Shown here: piece after piece, positions 1-15,043 of the stretch | Numbering within the stretch: position 1 is the first letter of the stretch | How the letters are laid out: each line of letters starts with the position of its first letter | From: Calcarisporiella thermophila CBS 279.70 | Lineage: Eukaryota > Fungi > Calcarisporiellomycota | NCBI RefSeq assembly: GCF_041956535.1 | Contig: NW_027192201.1 | Span: 359,202 to 423,201 of the forward strand | Length of the DNA: 64,000 nt | Direction of reading: 5' to 3' | Notes under the pieces: generated by a model | Seen by the model: the letters and a program-made list of their open reading frames with translations, nothing else | Database searches by the model: none | What the model was told of the DNA's origin: nothing | Translations under genes and position numbers: made by a program

Positions 1-184
1 GCTCCACTTGTCCAGGTAATTCGAAGTCGCGAGCGATTCTCTCTGCAAGTTCACTTATGGATTCGTCATCGTGTTTAGATGTGAAAGGGGAGGTTTCAAA
101 CGAAGCTGGTGAAGGACGTGAGGCAATATGGTACCAACAGCTTTCGAATGTCAGTGGGTGCTCAAAATTGAGCCTAATCCTCAT
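1..184 (-). CDS. 5' end of a probable coilin (coilin N-terminal domain), runs off window
   Basis: ATG at 184 opens MRIRLNFEHPLTFESCWYHI...SISELAERIARDFELPG with no stop to the window edge; resembles the coilin N-terminus (RLRLxFxxP..W..I..F). Homol-D-like box 67 bp upstream. Confidence 0.6.
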   Translation of the reverse strand, partial: MRIRLNFEHPLTFESCWYHIASRPSPASFETSPFTSKHDDESISELAERIARDFELPGQVE

Positions 185-763
185 CTCTATTAAGTAGAGC
201 TTAACAGCTGATCTCGAGGCTAAAAATAACAGTATAGCGAATTATTACAGCAGTCACATATATACACCAAGAGATTTTTAATTTCGGTCATTTCCTAGGG
301 AAGAAAATTTTCTCTTTTCTAGGTTCCAATCCTGAACAGATATACTGAATTTGGGAGATTTCAAGTTGGATCATACATATCACATTTAGAATGACATCTC
401 AGCATCGATTTTTAGGAAAATCTACACTTGGGAGGTGAACCAGTCGAGGCAGGGAAAGTTTCTTTACCAAGAAATAATACTCGTGCCCGGGAATGGTATC
501 ACTTCCTTTCGATGAAAAGAGAGTATACTTTGTCCGATTTTTCCGATCTATACAGAGCATAATTAAAGGAGAATTTGCTCTGTATAGATCGCTATATAAA
601 ACCTAAAGGGTAGATGGATTTATTAATATCCAGCCAGGTTGTTACATTAATAAAGAGATAGATAGTTTGTTTCTTGGTAATATAAAAACAGTGGTTATCA
701 CTACAAAAGCCAGGCTAAAAACATAGTATAAACAGTCTTAGCAAGGTATTTCATAAGAATGTC

Positions 764-1675
764 TTATATAATCATGTGGGCAGGTATTGAAAGTAGCTCT
801 TTGGCATTCATGTCAAATGGAAGAGTGATTGACACGGAATTCGAAATACTCGTCACCTCATGATAAAATCCAGGAGGTGTATAGAGGACATCACCCGGAC
901 TTAGGTCCACAACCCAAAGCTCTGACTTCGACATTTCAGGCCAGCGCGATAGTACATTATAGACACTCGCTGTGATTTCTTCAACTGTACGCTTGATTGC
1001 ATGATGACTAAAGCATTTTCCGAGCCCTCGCACCCTACTTAAATGAGTTGGTCCTGACACACCATTGCATGGATAAGGACGCACACCATCCTCTTCGGGA
1101 GATTGGAGCACAAACCGCTTCTCACCTGAAAGCTGAACAAGCAGGCCATGGCATCTGTCATAGTGCAAAGGAGTCACGCAGCCCGCAGTGCTAATCCATA
1201 TACGCGTTAATTCAGCCCGAATTATGTCTTTCTCATTCTCACCGAAAAATTTGTTAGACAGCTCCGAAATACCAACGTGTTTCTGGAGCATATGTTCGGT
1301 TAATTTTCCTCGGTAATAGAATCGCTCTTCATTTACTCCACCATTGAGCACGCTCTCGAGCGTAACTTGTCTCTTTACGGCAAATTCTTCATTGTCTAGG
1401 AAATTCTCCTTATCAAGCGCCTCTAGAACTTCTATCATAGAGTTCATATCATTTTTCGACTCCTTATTCAAATACTGTATGATCTCTTCAGCGAGAAAAT
1501 GCGGGCTTGACCATTTCATCAGGTTAGCTTTGGAAATCAGCCCGCGCAATAGCACAGGCCGTTTCCCACGATATCGGTGTTGAAAGAGTTCGGGACTTAA
1601 CTGATGCGCGCTTAGGGTGTCAACTGCGCGCGGTCTTAGAAATGAGCCCGACAAAAGCGCGTCGCCTGCCGTCAT
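764..1675 (-). CDS. JmjC/cupin-like 2-oxoglutarate Fe(II) oxygenase (JMJD5/cupin_8-like), intronless
   Basis: RPVLLRG N-terminal motif, TPLHYD (HxD), QLSGEKRF, L.PGDVLYTPPGFYHEV (distal His). Confidence 0.85.
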   Translation of the reverse strand: MTAGDALLSGSFLRPRAVDTLSAHQLSPELFQHRYRGKRPVLLRGLISKANLMKWSSPHFLAEEIIQYLNKESKNDMNSMIEVLEALDKENFLDNEEFAVKRQVTLESVLNGGVNEERFYYRGKLTEHMLQKHVGISELSNKFFGENEKDIIRAELTRIWISTAGCVTPLHYDRCHGLLVQLSGEKRFVLQSPEEDGVRPYPCNGVSGPTHLSRVRGLGKCFSHHAIKRTVEEITASVYNVLSRWPEMSKSELWVVDLSPGDVLYTPPGFYHEVTSISNSVSITLPFDMNAKELLSIPAHMII

Positions 1676-1948
1676 AGCAAAGCCTAAAACAGTTTAGTTC
1701 CTCCATAGATCTACATTTGTTTATTTGAATGATTTCACTTGTTGCGGGCAGCATCTTTCGAACTCCGCAAGTAAGGTGAAGCGCGTTCCTGGATATACCT
1801 TCGCATATTGCCGCCGCGCGATCTATCACGTCTTGATCGTCCAACTCCTGATTTAGGCTACTTGGCGAACAAATCTATTGCTTTTACACGCTCCCCTTAG
1901 TTTCAATTTAATAATGATAGCAATACCCTAAGCCTATTTGTTCGTGTA

Positions 1949-4900
1949 ATGGAAGTGTTTGTTGTGAAATCTGCTGGAGATGCAAAACCTCCAACCCCAC
2001 CCATCATCCGAAGCACCGCGCCAGCGAATCCAGCACCATCAACAGGAAGTACTGGCAGGAGGCGAGCTAGAAAATCAGAGATAATGAAAGTCACTCCTCT
2101 CGTAAGCCATTTTTTACAACTTTTACAGATAGAGATCATTCTTGAATGCAATGAAAGAACCACTCACATTGGCTGCATATTCACCCATTTAGCTTGAATT
2201 AGAGCGCATTTTAGGACTCACATCTTCTAGTTCCGCCTGTATCGCAACTGCACCTGCTCTCGATCTTCTGGCGTATGCCGCTGGATCTGTCACTGTGCTT
2301 TATAACCACCGCAAGAACAAGCAAATCCGATTTCTAAATGCCGACAGCTCTGTATCAATTACTTGTCCCTCTCCAGCACAAAATGGAACCTGGTCATCTA
2401 GCTCGGGAGTCAGTCCTCTTAATCGAATGAATGAACCAGGCTCTTCCAACAATACCCCCAATACTACTAGCTCAAAAAATCCTGCAAATCAACGACCCAA
2501 GCCGATTGTGAGCCTGGCGTTCTCTCCAGATGGGGAGTATCTGGCCGTTGGTGAAGTAAGAGGGATGTTCCTGTAGACATATTCCTAGCTTTTAACAATT
2601 ATCTTATATAGACTGGGCACCAACCGCGGATATTAGTATGGGAAGTGAAAACTGGCAATCTTATGATGGAAATGCGGGGTCATAAATATGGCGTTCTTGC
2701 TCTCGCTTTCTCTCCACAGTCAAAGTTTTTGATATCACTAGGATATCAGGTATATGTGTTATCTACTTGATTCTGTTACATTCCTTACACTAATGAGTAT
2801 TTGATAGCACGACGGTTTCTTGAATGTCTGGAATTGGAGGACCGGCCAAACAGTTGCGTGTAATCGAGTCACTTCAAAAGTATCTATTGCATTGACGCAA
2901 TCCATTTAGCAAACACCTAACCGACTTTTCCAAATTTTATTAGGTCAATGCTATCTCTTTTTCACGAGACGGTACTTATTTCGTAACAGCTGGTCTCCGA
3001 CACTTTAAATATTGGTATCTCGACTCGAAGAAAAACAGCACGAATGCCCCGAAGAGTCAAACGCAGAGCCGTCAGATCCTGGATGGTCGCAATGGAATCT
3101 TGGGGGATTTTAAGAACCACAACTATGTCGATGTTGCATGTTGTAAGATATCAGATAACGCCTACTGTGTTACAGCCGATGGAATATTGTGTTTGTTGAA
3201 CGAAGAAAGATCCATGGATAAATGGGTTGATCTCCAGGTGAAATTTTCTCCTATCTATTTTTTTCGACACTGGTGGTGGCAAAGCTTATAGGGGTGTTTT
3301 TATCTTGTTATTTACAGGTGACAACAGCATATTCGATTGACGTATCAAATCAGTATGTTGTTTGTGCATGCTCAGACGGTATTATTCGGTAAGCAGAATT
3401 AGTTTTCATCGCAAAGCTTATCCTTCCGCTAATAATTTTGTACGGTAACTACCAAGCCTCTTTGAGCCAGTGACCCTCGTTTATCGGGGAACTCTCCCAA
3501 AACCTCATCCTCTCGGTATCGATATTACAAAGCAATTTGGAGAGTCATATCCAAGTAGTCGACAGGACGACATTTATCCTGACACAATCGCTACATGTCT
3601 AGACGACTCTATTGGCAAAGTATTTGCGATCTACAGTGATCGCAGTTTGTTTATTTGGGACATCAATGACATTAGCAAGATTAGGAAATACAGGAGCTTT
3701 TTGTTCCATAGTGAATGTGTGTGGGGCGTAGAGGTATATTTTAGCTAAATGCCGTCTCTACCCATATTGTATTTACTATTGTTTATTTATAGATGCTTCC
3801 GATACATGATTCTCCACAGAGTAGCCGTAGTTCCAACCATAGGCGATTGCCAATGGTTGGCAATTTTGTCAGCTATTCAGCCGATGGCACCGCTCGCTTT
3901 TGGAATATTGATTCGCTTAATCCCAAAGATCCAAACTCGAACGTCGAGGCTAACGTAAAATCAACCTCGGCTGAAAACAACCAAAATAAATCCTCCAATA
4001 GTGCCTTACGAAGAAACATCTATAGCAAGGAAATGGTCAATATGTTATTTATTGATCCGGAGAGCGCAGAGGGAATGAGGCGAAAGGAAAATGGTAATTT
4101 AAGAAATTTTGGTCACATTAATATATATTAATATTTTTAGTTATTACTTAGAATTCTTGGATCAAAATACATCCATCACAGGACCTGATTACGGTATTCG
4201 CGCACTGAGGATAAGCTCTGATGGCAAATTAATGGCAACAGGAGATCGCGCTGGAAACCTGAGGTGAGTAACTATACATGTTGTTTTTCCAGTTTCTCTA
4301 TTAATAAAACCTCACTTTTTCTTATATGATTAGGGTTCATAATCTTGAGACATTCGAGCTAATCACCTATCAAGAAGCTCATGACGCTGAGATAATGACT
4401 ATCGACTTCACGCGGCCTAGACGAGAGGGTTAGAAATCGAACAGAATACTGAAACTTTTGATCACAGCGCCTTATTTTTTCTTACAATTTTAGAGGAGCC
4501 TTATTATATTGCAACGGCTAGCCGAGATCGTCTATTGCATGTCTTCGATATTCGTCAAAATTATCGGTTGTTGCAGACGATGGACGACCACTCGTCATCC
4601 ATAACGGCGGTGAAGTTCTCTGATGATGGAAGCCGGCTTGTTAGCTGTGGAGCTGATAAGAGCATTATTTTCCGGTGCTTCTTGGAGGTATATGGATTTT
4701 ATCTAAGGTGTATTTGCTCAGAATACTAATTCATATATGGAACCTAGAACGAGGATCCCCCTTATGCAACTTACCATAATAGTAGCGGTCGAGCGACCGT
4801 ATTTGACATGGATATGAGTAATCTTCATCGGTATATTGCCACTGTATCCAGTGATAGGCGATTCAATCTGTTCTCAATCGACTCTGGCAAACCTGTTAAA

Positions 4901-7537
4901 ACCTACAAGCCGGATACAGTTGATGAGCTCTCCAATGGCGTCGAAGGTGGATCACTCATCAGGATATCCCTCGATCCCTCTGGAACATTTGCAGTTGCAT
5001 GCAGCTCCGACAAGAGTATCCGTCTTTTTGATATTCGTACGGGGCATTGCCTCACCCGGGTGATGGGACACTCAGAGCTTGTAACCTGTGTCAAATTCTC
5101 ACAAGATTGCTCGCGCGTAATCAGTACGAGCTCGGATGGGTGCATTTTCATCTGGCGATTACGACCGGAATTTGTGCGCAAAATTCAGCAAAGAATCGCC
5201 GAGAGATCCGAGGGAGAGCGTCGATCGATGTCGCCCCAGCTTGGAAGCGCAGAAAATGAGTCCATTGAATGCGATAGCAGTAGTAAAAAAGACCCAATAA
5301 ATCAGCATAAACAAGTGCGTCGTACATCAAGCATTGTGCTGCGAAAGGCTCCGCGCACCTCTTTAACATCACTCTCACCAACGGAACGGAAGAACGACGA
5401 CCTCTATAACCGCCTATCTTCTTCCGTCTCAGCCACCACCAGCACCTCCACTACAACTCAGAGAAAGAGATCGGGCAGCGCTAGTGAGGGTGGGAAAATC
5501 ACCTCTAGCCCTCAGACCATTTCTCATCACTCAAACGTAAGACGGAGTCGCGAAAGTTTAGCACCTGAGGATAGAAGGCAAAGGCGTACAAGCATGCCAC
5601 CAAGTCGAGGCAAAGAGGACCCAACTGTGAGCGACCGTGGGGAAGGGGGCGGGCCAGTCAAGCGTGGGGGTGTAATGGCACCTACTAAATCATGGAAACA
5701 AAAAACAGCAGATAACCAGCCATTCAGTATTAGCCGCCGGGCTCCTGCCGAGTCCACCAAAGTTCCAAACGATGTGGATAGTCTATACGCTCCAAGTGTG
5801 ACTACGCCTAACACCAGCCCGGCGGTTGATACGCAAAGAGAGCCGCTTTTCTCGGAGTCCGTAAACCGCTCCTGTGATGAAGAGCATCAAGGAGCCTCCT
5901 TAGAAACTGACACAGAGCAGAGAGATTGTGTGTACCAACAGGATCCAATGACTTCGCCGGCTGAGACCCGTTCTTCTTCTATGCCTGAAGAGCAGCAGTA
6001 TACGAGCCAAAATGTGAAGCCACCGTCACGCACCTCTGGATCAGAAGGCGACTCGGAAGACAATGAGTTAACTGCTTCTGAATACTCTCTTGAGGATGAT
6101 GGAGATGAATCCGATTCGGATGGTGTGGATGACGTATTGTTAGAAGATGCATTAGCGCTGGATTTAACTGGACAATTCCCGGTCACACCACTACCAAGAC
6201 GCTCCGTTGTTCGACGGTTTAGTAAACAATTGGAGGATGGGGACTCATTGCCTGGCCAAAACGACGAAGATAAAGATGAGGATAATGATGGAGAAACAAC
6301 CCCTTGTGGCGATAGGACCTCTGACGACGAAGACGAAGGGTCTCTCGTGGATAAATCAAAGCACTCTCGACTTGGAAAGTCTTCACATCGATTCTCGCGG
6401 CTGTTGCAAGAAGACGACGATAACGAGGATATAAGTAAGAAACTGGAATTGTATCTGCAACAGCCCCACGAATACAGGACCACCACACCCGCTCACTCGG
6501 TATCTGCCACCCCGCGGCCACCTAGCTCGTCGTCTACGGCCACCGATCAGCATACGCCTGGTTCTGCTTCAACTCCTGGGTTATCCGATAGCGCAAAGAA
6601 GCGGCTTAGCTTTTCATCGATGTTTTACCTCTCTTCAGAGGAGGAGCCCAAGAACGGGTTAAAGAAATATAGCGTGCCCTTTTCGATTCGGCTGGCTGAG
6701 GCCGCAGAAGAGCACCGCACGACAGTGGGGCAGCACCTACCAACAAGCCCTCTACCGGAAGAGGAGAGTGTGTTCCACTCACCCACACCGAATCCCGCCG
6801 CCGCAAAACCAGACCAACTGATAGACGGAGGATTTGGCCATAAAACCTTCATTAAAACTGGTAATAGAAAAAGGGAACTGGGCTTGGCAGAGAAAGAAAG
6901 CGCTAGGCGAAGGTTGGCATCCATCGGCCTTTTGCCCCCTACGCCCAAACACTCTTCTATTAAAAGGGATGAGGATGGGCAAGGGTCTAAGCAGGAAACA
7001 TCCACTGCAAGGACACAAAAGGAGCTCAAACCGATTGAAAAGAAAGAGGAGAAAAACGAAGATGGCTCATCGGAGATACCACAAGAAGCGGTAGAGGAGA
7101 GGTTGAAAACAACGGGTAAATATACACTTCCACCCTAATACCCACTGGTTAAAAAAATTTATTCGTATGCATTACTTCGCTTAGCAGGTGAAAATAAAAT
7201 CGACCCAGTAGAAAGTGCGGAGAGGGATACGGCCAAAGAAAATATTATCGACGTGCTCGAAGCCAAGCTTGAGGAAGTTGCCTCTCTCGTTGAGGACACT
7301 CTCTCCAACTACACCTCTCTACTTTCCACAAGGCCTGATGCTATCTCTCGTGTGGAAAACAGGCTCTCTGAGATTGTAGAGAAAATCAGGTATCGTGCAA
7401 CAATCCCTAGTAAGTCAGCCTCGGTCACGGATACAGCCAGTCCCGAAAACCCCATCATTCATGCAATGCTGGAGAGTTACTCGGAACAACTGTTACGCTT
7501 GGTGAGCGATAAATTGGAGAAGGTCGGAAATAATTAA
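1949..7537 (+). CDS. WD40-repeat protein, WDR62/MAPKBP1 family (multi-exon)
   Basis: Many WD repeats across GT-AG introns ([45 protein letters not shown]), a long S/T/acidic disordered region, and a C-terminal helix [16 protein letters not shown] like the MAPKBP1 tail. Confidence 0.85.
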
Positions 7538-7761
7538 AGGCACCCATCTCACTTTATCATTTTTAACCTTGATTTACACTACCAAATTTTTTTATAATGC
7601 CACTATTTCATTACTCTGTTACCATCACATTCCCCCACTGTTACTTATTTTAACACCTTTTCACTTCGTTCACTCTTTGATCACTTCAATACATATGAGT
7701 TAAAGTGATAAATGGAAATTCTGATTTATACTGAACAATTTATACAATGCAAATGTTTTTT

Positions 7762-9467
<1,706 letters not shown>

Positions 9468-9627
9468 CGTAGAGAAAGGGTATTAAGATACTGTTTAATG
9501 ATGTTAAATCCCTCAATTATAGAATGTGACTTGCCAAGGTTTTCAATATCAGCCAATTGCACGTCACTACTCCGATTAACATCATCCCAGAGTGGCCTTT
9601 AGGGATAAAAGGATTAACTAGGGAAGA

Positions 9628-12419
9628 ATGAATTTGGAAGGCGCGTCGATATCCGAAGACTTGACGCCCGAAACGAGTGATATTGTACTCCCGAACCAGC
9701 ATGAGCATGTGTCACAGATTGCCGTCGATGTAAACGCATAAACCACTCACTGTGCTATCCACACACATTTAACCCCATTTTCCAACATTGCCATTAACAG
9801 ATTGGCGGCTCCTTGGTCAAACTAGTGTACTTCACCCTCCGCCCTAATGGGAGCGAAGGGGGACGTCTGAATTTTGTAAAGTTTGAAACAGAACATATTG
9901 ACCGATGCATCGAATTCATCCGCAAACTTCTTTCCGAGAGAAAAGACAATGAGAAAGTGGTTATCAAAGCAACCGGTGGTGGAGCATACTTGTTTTACGA
10001 TAAATTTAGGAACGAGCTTGGAGTAGAAATCGAGAAGGAGGATGAGATGGAATGCCTTATAAGAGGTCCTCAAAAGAAAACCCTTCAGTAGATAAGCCCA
10101 ATATTCCTAACTCCGTTGCGTGGTTTCTGTGTTAGGTCTGAACTTTTTCATCACCGAGGTTCCCTATGAGGTCTTCACTCATAACAAAAATGATCCCATG
10201 ATTTTTGAAGACTCACCTAGTCCCAACGAAATGTTTCCTTTCCTGGTGAATCGACATGGGCTTTTATCAATGTTTTGCTCTGTAATGTTACTGACTTCTG
10301 CGGTATTATAGCTTGTCAACATTGGCTCTGGTGTGAGCATTATCAAAGTGACAAATTACGACGAGTTTGAACGTATTAGCGGAACATCGGTTAGTATGCG
10401 CCTCATACTTTCTTTTCTGGTTGCGACGGCTTAAGATTTTTAATTGTATCCAGCTTGGAGGAGGAACTTTTTGGGGGCTAGCCTCATTGCTAACCGAATC
10501 AAAAAGTTTTGATGAGATGCTTGAACTCTCCAACCGTGGAAATAACCGAAATGTAGACATGCTTGTGGGCGATATATATGGGACAGATTATTCCAAAATC
10601 GGGTTGAAATCCACCGTGATCGCGTCTTCAATGGGCAAAGTGTTCAACAGGAAAAGGAAGCAACAGGAGAAATTTCGCCCAGAGGATATTGCAAGCTCGT
10701 TACTGTACATGGTTAGGTACTTGCTCCATCCTTTGCCTTCCTACTCTGCCTATCATTTTATAGTTTATTTTCTTTCAGCAACAATATTGGGCAAATAGCC
10801 TATTTAAATGCAAAAGCACACAACATCAAAAGGATCTACTTTGGAGGATTCTTCATAAGAGGTTTAACGCAACTTGGACATCCCCTGTTTCATCATTATT
10901 TAACTCACGCGTTCTCTAACTCTTCTCATAGGCCACCCCATCACCATGCAAACTCTCTCCTTTGCCAAAAATTTTTGGTCCAAAGGCGAGGTCAAGGCGC
11001 TTTTTCTCCGACATGAGGGTTATCTTGGTGCGGTGGGGGCTTTTCTCAAGTTTGATACACGCCGCCCTCGCCGGTCCTTCTCCTTCTCTGAAAATTTCAC
11101 CATTGCACATAAGATTACCAATGATTCCCTCAACGCGTATGGCGTGCTCGATCAGATGCCGTTACGATTGGTTATTTTTCCTAGGCTTACTAACGACTAT
11201 CACCCGGACACGGTTGAGCTGACAGAACCCACTGCACAGAGGAGGTTGCTTGATAACTTGGAGAAAAATTTGAACAGTTTGCTAGAAGTAGTTGAGAAAG
11301 ATGGGAAAGAAGAGGCCGTGTTGCGAAAACGTCTGGTAACTTTCAGTGGCCTCTTTCGTGCACACCTCACTCGACTTCGTGAGCAACCAAACATGTACGG
11401 GAACTTGAGCGTACGAAGCATACTGAACCTGCGAGAACAATGCCTGCGCGAAATTGGGTGCCCTGACATTTTCGCGAATATTAAAAGGAGAGAAAACCGA
11501 GATTCATTGGAAGTGTTGCCAGCTATGCTAAGGAGACTAGATGAGATTCATCCGGAAGAGGAGAGGTTGAGAGAGATGATCCATAATATTCTGGCTGGTA
11601 CGAGCACTTGTTGTCCAAAGACGAAAACTCCACTCATATGCTATTTTCAACTATTTTCATTACATATTACATAGGTAACATGTTCGACTGGGGTTCAACG
11701 AAAATCCTCGAGATGCTTTGTGCAGGCACAATGGACTTCAAAGACGCCCAGCAAAAAATTCTCTATTCGCCCGAGCTAACAAACACGCAATTCCTAATTG
11801 AGCGTCTCTCGCGCAAGCCTTATCGCAAGGTAGTTATCTTCGTGGACAATAGTGGCGCTGATATCGTGCTCGGGATATTTCCATTTGCTAGACATTTGCT
11901 ATCGAAGGGCACCAAAGTGATATTGGCAGCGAACACTTACCCGGCAGTGAATGATGTGACGGTAAATTCATAATTGCCTATTGGATTAATGAAGAAAAGA
12001 AATAACGATTTATTTCTCATGCCTAGTATGACGAATTAATTCAACTAGTGATCGAAGTTGCAAAGATGGATGAGATGATTTCTTCGGCATGGGAGTGCCA
12101 ACAACTCGAGGTGTTCGGTACAGGTAGCTCTAACCCGTGCCTCGATCTCAGCCGAATCAGTGAAGATTTGGCTGAAGCTTGCCGGGATGTTGATTTAGTT
12201 GTTCTCGAGGTATGCAAACGCTATTTATACTTTGAGACACTGGCTGCTATTTGAAACTGATGTTGTTAGGGTATGGGTCGAGCAATTCATACGAATTACC
12301 ACGCTGCGTTCCAGTGTGATTCCTTGAAGATTGCAGTGATAAAGAGCGATATCGCGGCAAGCGTACTTAATGCGCGGCTCTACGATGCGCTCGTGTTATG
12401 GGAAGAGCCAAAAGCCTAA
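9628..12419 (+). CDS. Type II pantothenate kinase fused to a DUF89/ARMT1-like damage-control phosphatase (PANK4/plant PANK2 architecture)
   Basis: AVD|[47 protein letters not shown]; C-terminal GNMFDWG, VDNSGAD, EGMGR motifs. Confidence 0.92.
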
Positions 12420-13431
12420 GAGCAGCGAGGCCGCTCCGATCTGGAAATGATCGATTACGAGGTCACGCTGCACACGCCTTCGCCTCATCTGATATATTAA
12501 GTAATAAACCGATTGTATCTCCTTATTGAATTTCGTCAGCATTGTGCAAAGCACGTCAATGCACAATGCGGAGGGTAATTTGGTGCAAAAAGGAAAGCAG
12601 TCACAGAAACGGGCACAAAAGACATTTGCCGCTGTGAATTTAAGACAAATTGATATCGGGATCTGGAAAAGGGTCCCTTGATCCAACTCGGATGAAAAGC
12701 GCTTCAACCAACGGGTTCTCAAACAGCTGGGAAATGCCTGGGCTGGACCTGGGCAGGACAGAGCGCGGCTTGCTCAGTGCAGAGCAGCTAAGCGGAAATG
12801 TCTTGGGAGGAGCTCGATCCTCCTTAAGACGATTTCCCTTTCGGGCTATTTTAGACTCACAAACCCTCGGGCGCAGCTTGTCAAGATGAGCAAGATTTGC
12901 CCTCAGGTAAGGCCGAGTGTTTTCCGCTCGTGAGCGCAGGATTTGGAAGCGTTTTCCCCAGCCTTGCTCTGATAGAGTTCCCCGTGGTGGGGCATTATGC
13001 AGCAAGCACCTTCAAGGTTCTCCCACCCGCCCGCCTCAAAAACAGTCAAGGTCAAGTGTCTCCCGCTAAACGCACGCCATCCGTAAAGCTAAATAGGAAT
13101 GCGCGCTGTTGGTTGTGGGACGTGAAAAGGAAAGGATAGCACATAGCTGAGATTTGGCCAAGGTGAAACTCAATCGTCATTCAGCAACCCTAAGTGAAAG
13201 ATTTAAAATGCATCCCGTGAGCAATGTTAACAATTAAAAAAGTAAAAAATGTCAGGATTTGGTTTCCGACGGGCAAATATTTTCTATAAATCCATTCAAG
13301 TGGACCTTCCCAGTTGCCAATCGCCTCTGTGATCCCTTCAAACAAAATCCACAACCTCTTTGCTCGAATCGTTTTTTCTTCCTGCCCATTTTTTTTTTCT
13401 ATATCAACTCCCCCGGCTCATATATAACAAA

Positions 13432-14723
13432 ATGCCCAGCGACAATTGTGCAATTGCATGGATATTGACATTTGCAACCAGTGCAGCCTGCATATCTGGG
13501 GGTTAGAATTTTCATTCACACAGGCTCATTCTACTAATCATGGCTAATGCTTTTTCCTTTTCTCTCTGCAGCCTCTATGCTCTTCTTGGACAAGATTGTA
13601 ATGAAATTCACAAATGTCCAAGGGCAGCATCGTGATAGCTGGATCAAGAGTCCCTCTTTTACCTCTTGCTCGTTGTCTTTATCTGCCGGTGTTATGGTAA
13701 CTTACATAGAAATAGAAGCGTAGGGGGGGAATCACTCTTATCCTCTTCTTTATTTTTTTTTTCAAAACCTTCCAGATTTTTTCATCCTTTAACATCTTGC
13801 TTCCTAATGCTCGCTCCTCTTTTGAACATTCTCTTATGATGCACGAAATTACCGCAGGAGTTGCCACTCTTGGTCTTTACTTTGTCGGAATTATAGGAAT
13901 GGCACTTCTCAATTCTTTATTATGCTCCAAACACATACACAATCACGATCAATTGAAAATCGAATCAGGTACCGGCAGAAAACCTTCATTTAGTTATGGT
14001 AGCATTCCTCCAAATCCACCCAGCGTTTCATCTGAGAGGACGAAACTACTGAGGGAGGAGACTGTGGAACTAGAATCACAAGTGGATGAGCAGGCCCAGA
14101 GAGAACACTTACGGCGGATGGGTTTCCAGACAGCACTTGCTATCTCGCTACACAAGTTTCCAGGTAGATAGAGAATCCCTCTGTTGGCTGTGGATAGTAT
14201 GCTAACTTTTTGCCTCTTCAGAGGGGCTATTTACATTTCTTTCGACTACTTCTTCACCAACCCTTGGCTTTTCGCTCTTCCTTCCAATCGCAGTACACAA
14301 TTTTGTTGAGGGAGTTACCATTGCGCTTCCCCTTTATATCGGTACGGGCTCACGCCGTACAGCCTTCTTCTATACAATTCTCATGGGCGGCCTTAGTCAA
14401 CCGCTTGGAGCTTTGATAGGGGCTGTATCCATGTGGTGGCTCGGTGAGAAATTTCGTGATGGACTACGGCCTATTATCATTGTGATGATTCCAATTATTT
14501 TTGCAATTGTGAGCGGGATGATGTGCTATATCGCAATTCAGGTATTGTTTCTATTGGGCTGCTTTTGCTTCATGATATAATCTCTTATCTCGGTTTCTTT
14601 ATTGTTCAATAGAGCATGCTACCTTATGCAGTTAAAAATGACCATAAAGGAAAGTTCGTTGCGTACGGGTTCTTCTCTGGGATTGCTATTATGGGGCTTA
14701 TTTCAGCTCTATTGAATGAATGA
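13432..14723 (+). CDS. ZIP-family (ZupT-like) zinc/metal transporter
   Basis: Multiple TM segments, HIHNH loop, LAISLHKFPEG and IAVHNFVEG signatures. Confidence 0.88.
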
Positions 14724-15043
14724 TCCCTCTTCTTCCCCCATGCTTTTGTACATAACTTTTGTATTAGCTTTGCTGTGGTATAATTTTGATGCTTGCATTT
14801 GCTCTATTTTTACCTTTCCCTTTTTATTATTGCTTTTTTTCTCCATTGAAAAACAAAACAGATCATTAGGTTTTATTTCGTATTTATCCCTATTGTGCCT
14901 ATTTTATTTTTTTTTTCGAGCCGAGAAATTTTTATAATAAAGTAATATAGAATGCTGCGCCAATTTCTCTCGAAAGAAAACCATCTTCCAAGAGAGTATC
15001 AAGTCCCTCCTTTCTTTTTTACATTACATCCATCCGTCTAGCA

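Noticed and set aside
12645-12912. U1-like snRNA on the minus strand (CTTACCTG, a TGCAC loop, AATTTGT)
   Set aside because: It lacks the ATAC 5' end and the canonical 70K loop, the spacing is wrong, and G-U pairs mostly favour the opposite strand.
12640-13139. Short ORFs in the structured intergenic block
   Set aside because: Non-ATG starts, no recognisable motifs and no splice pattern.
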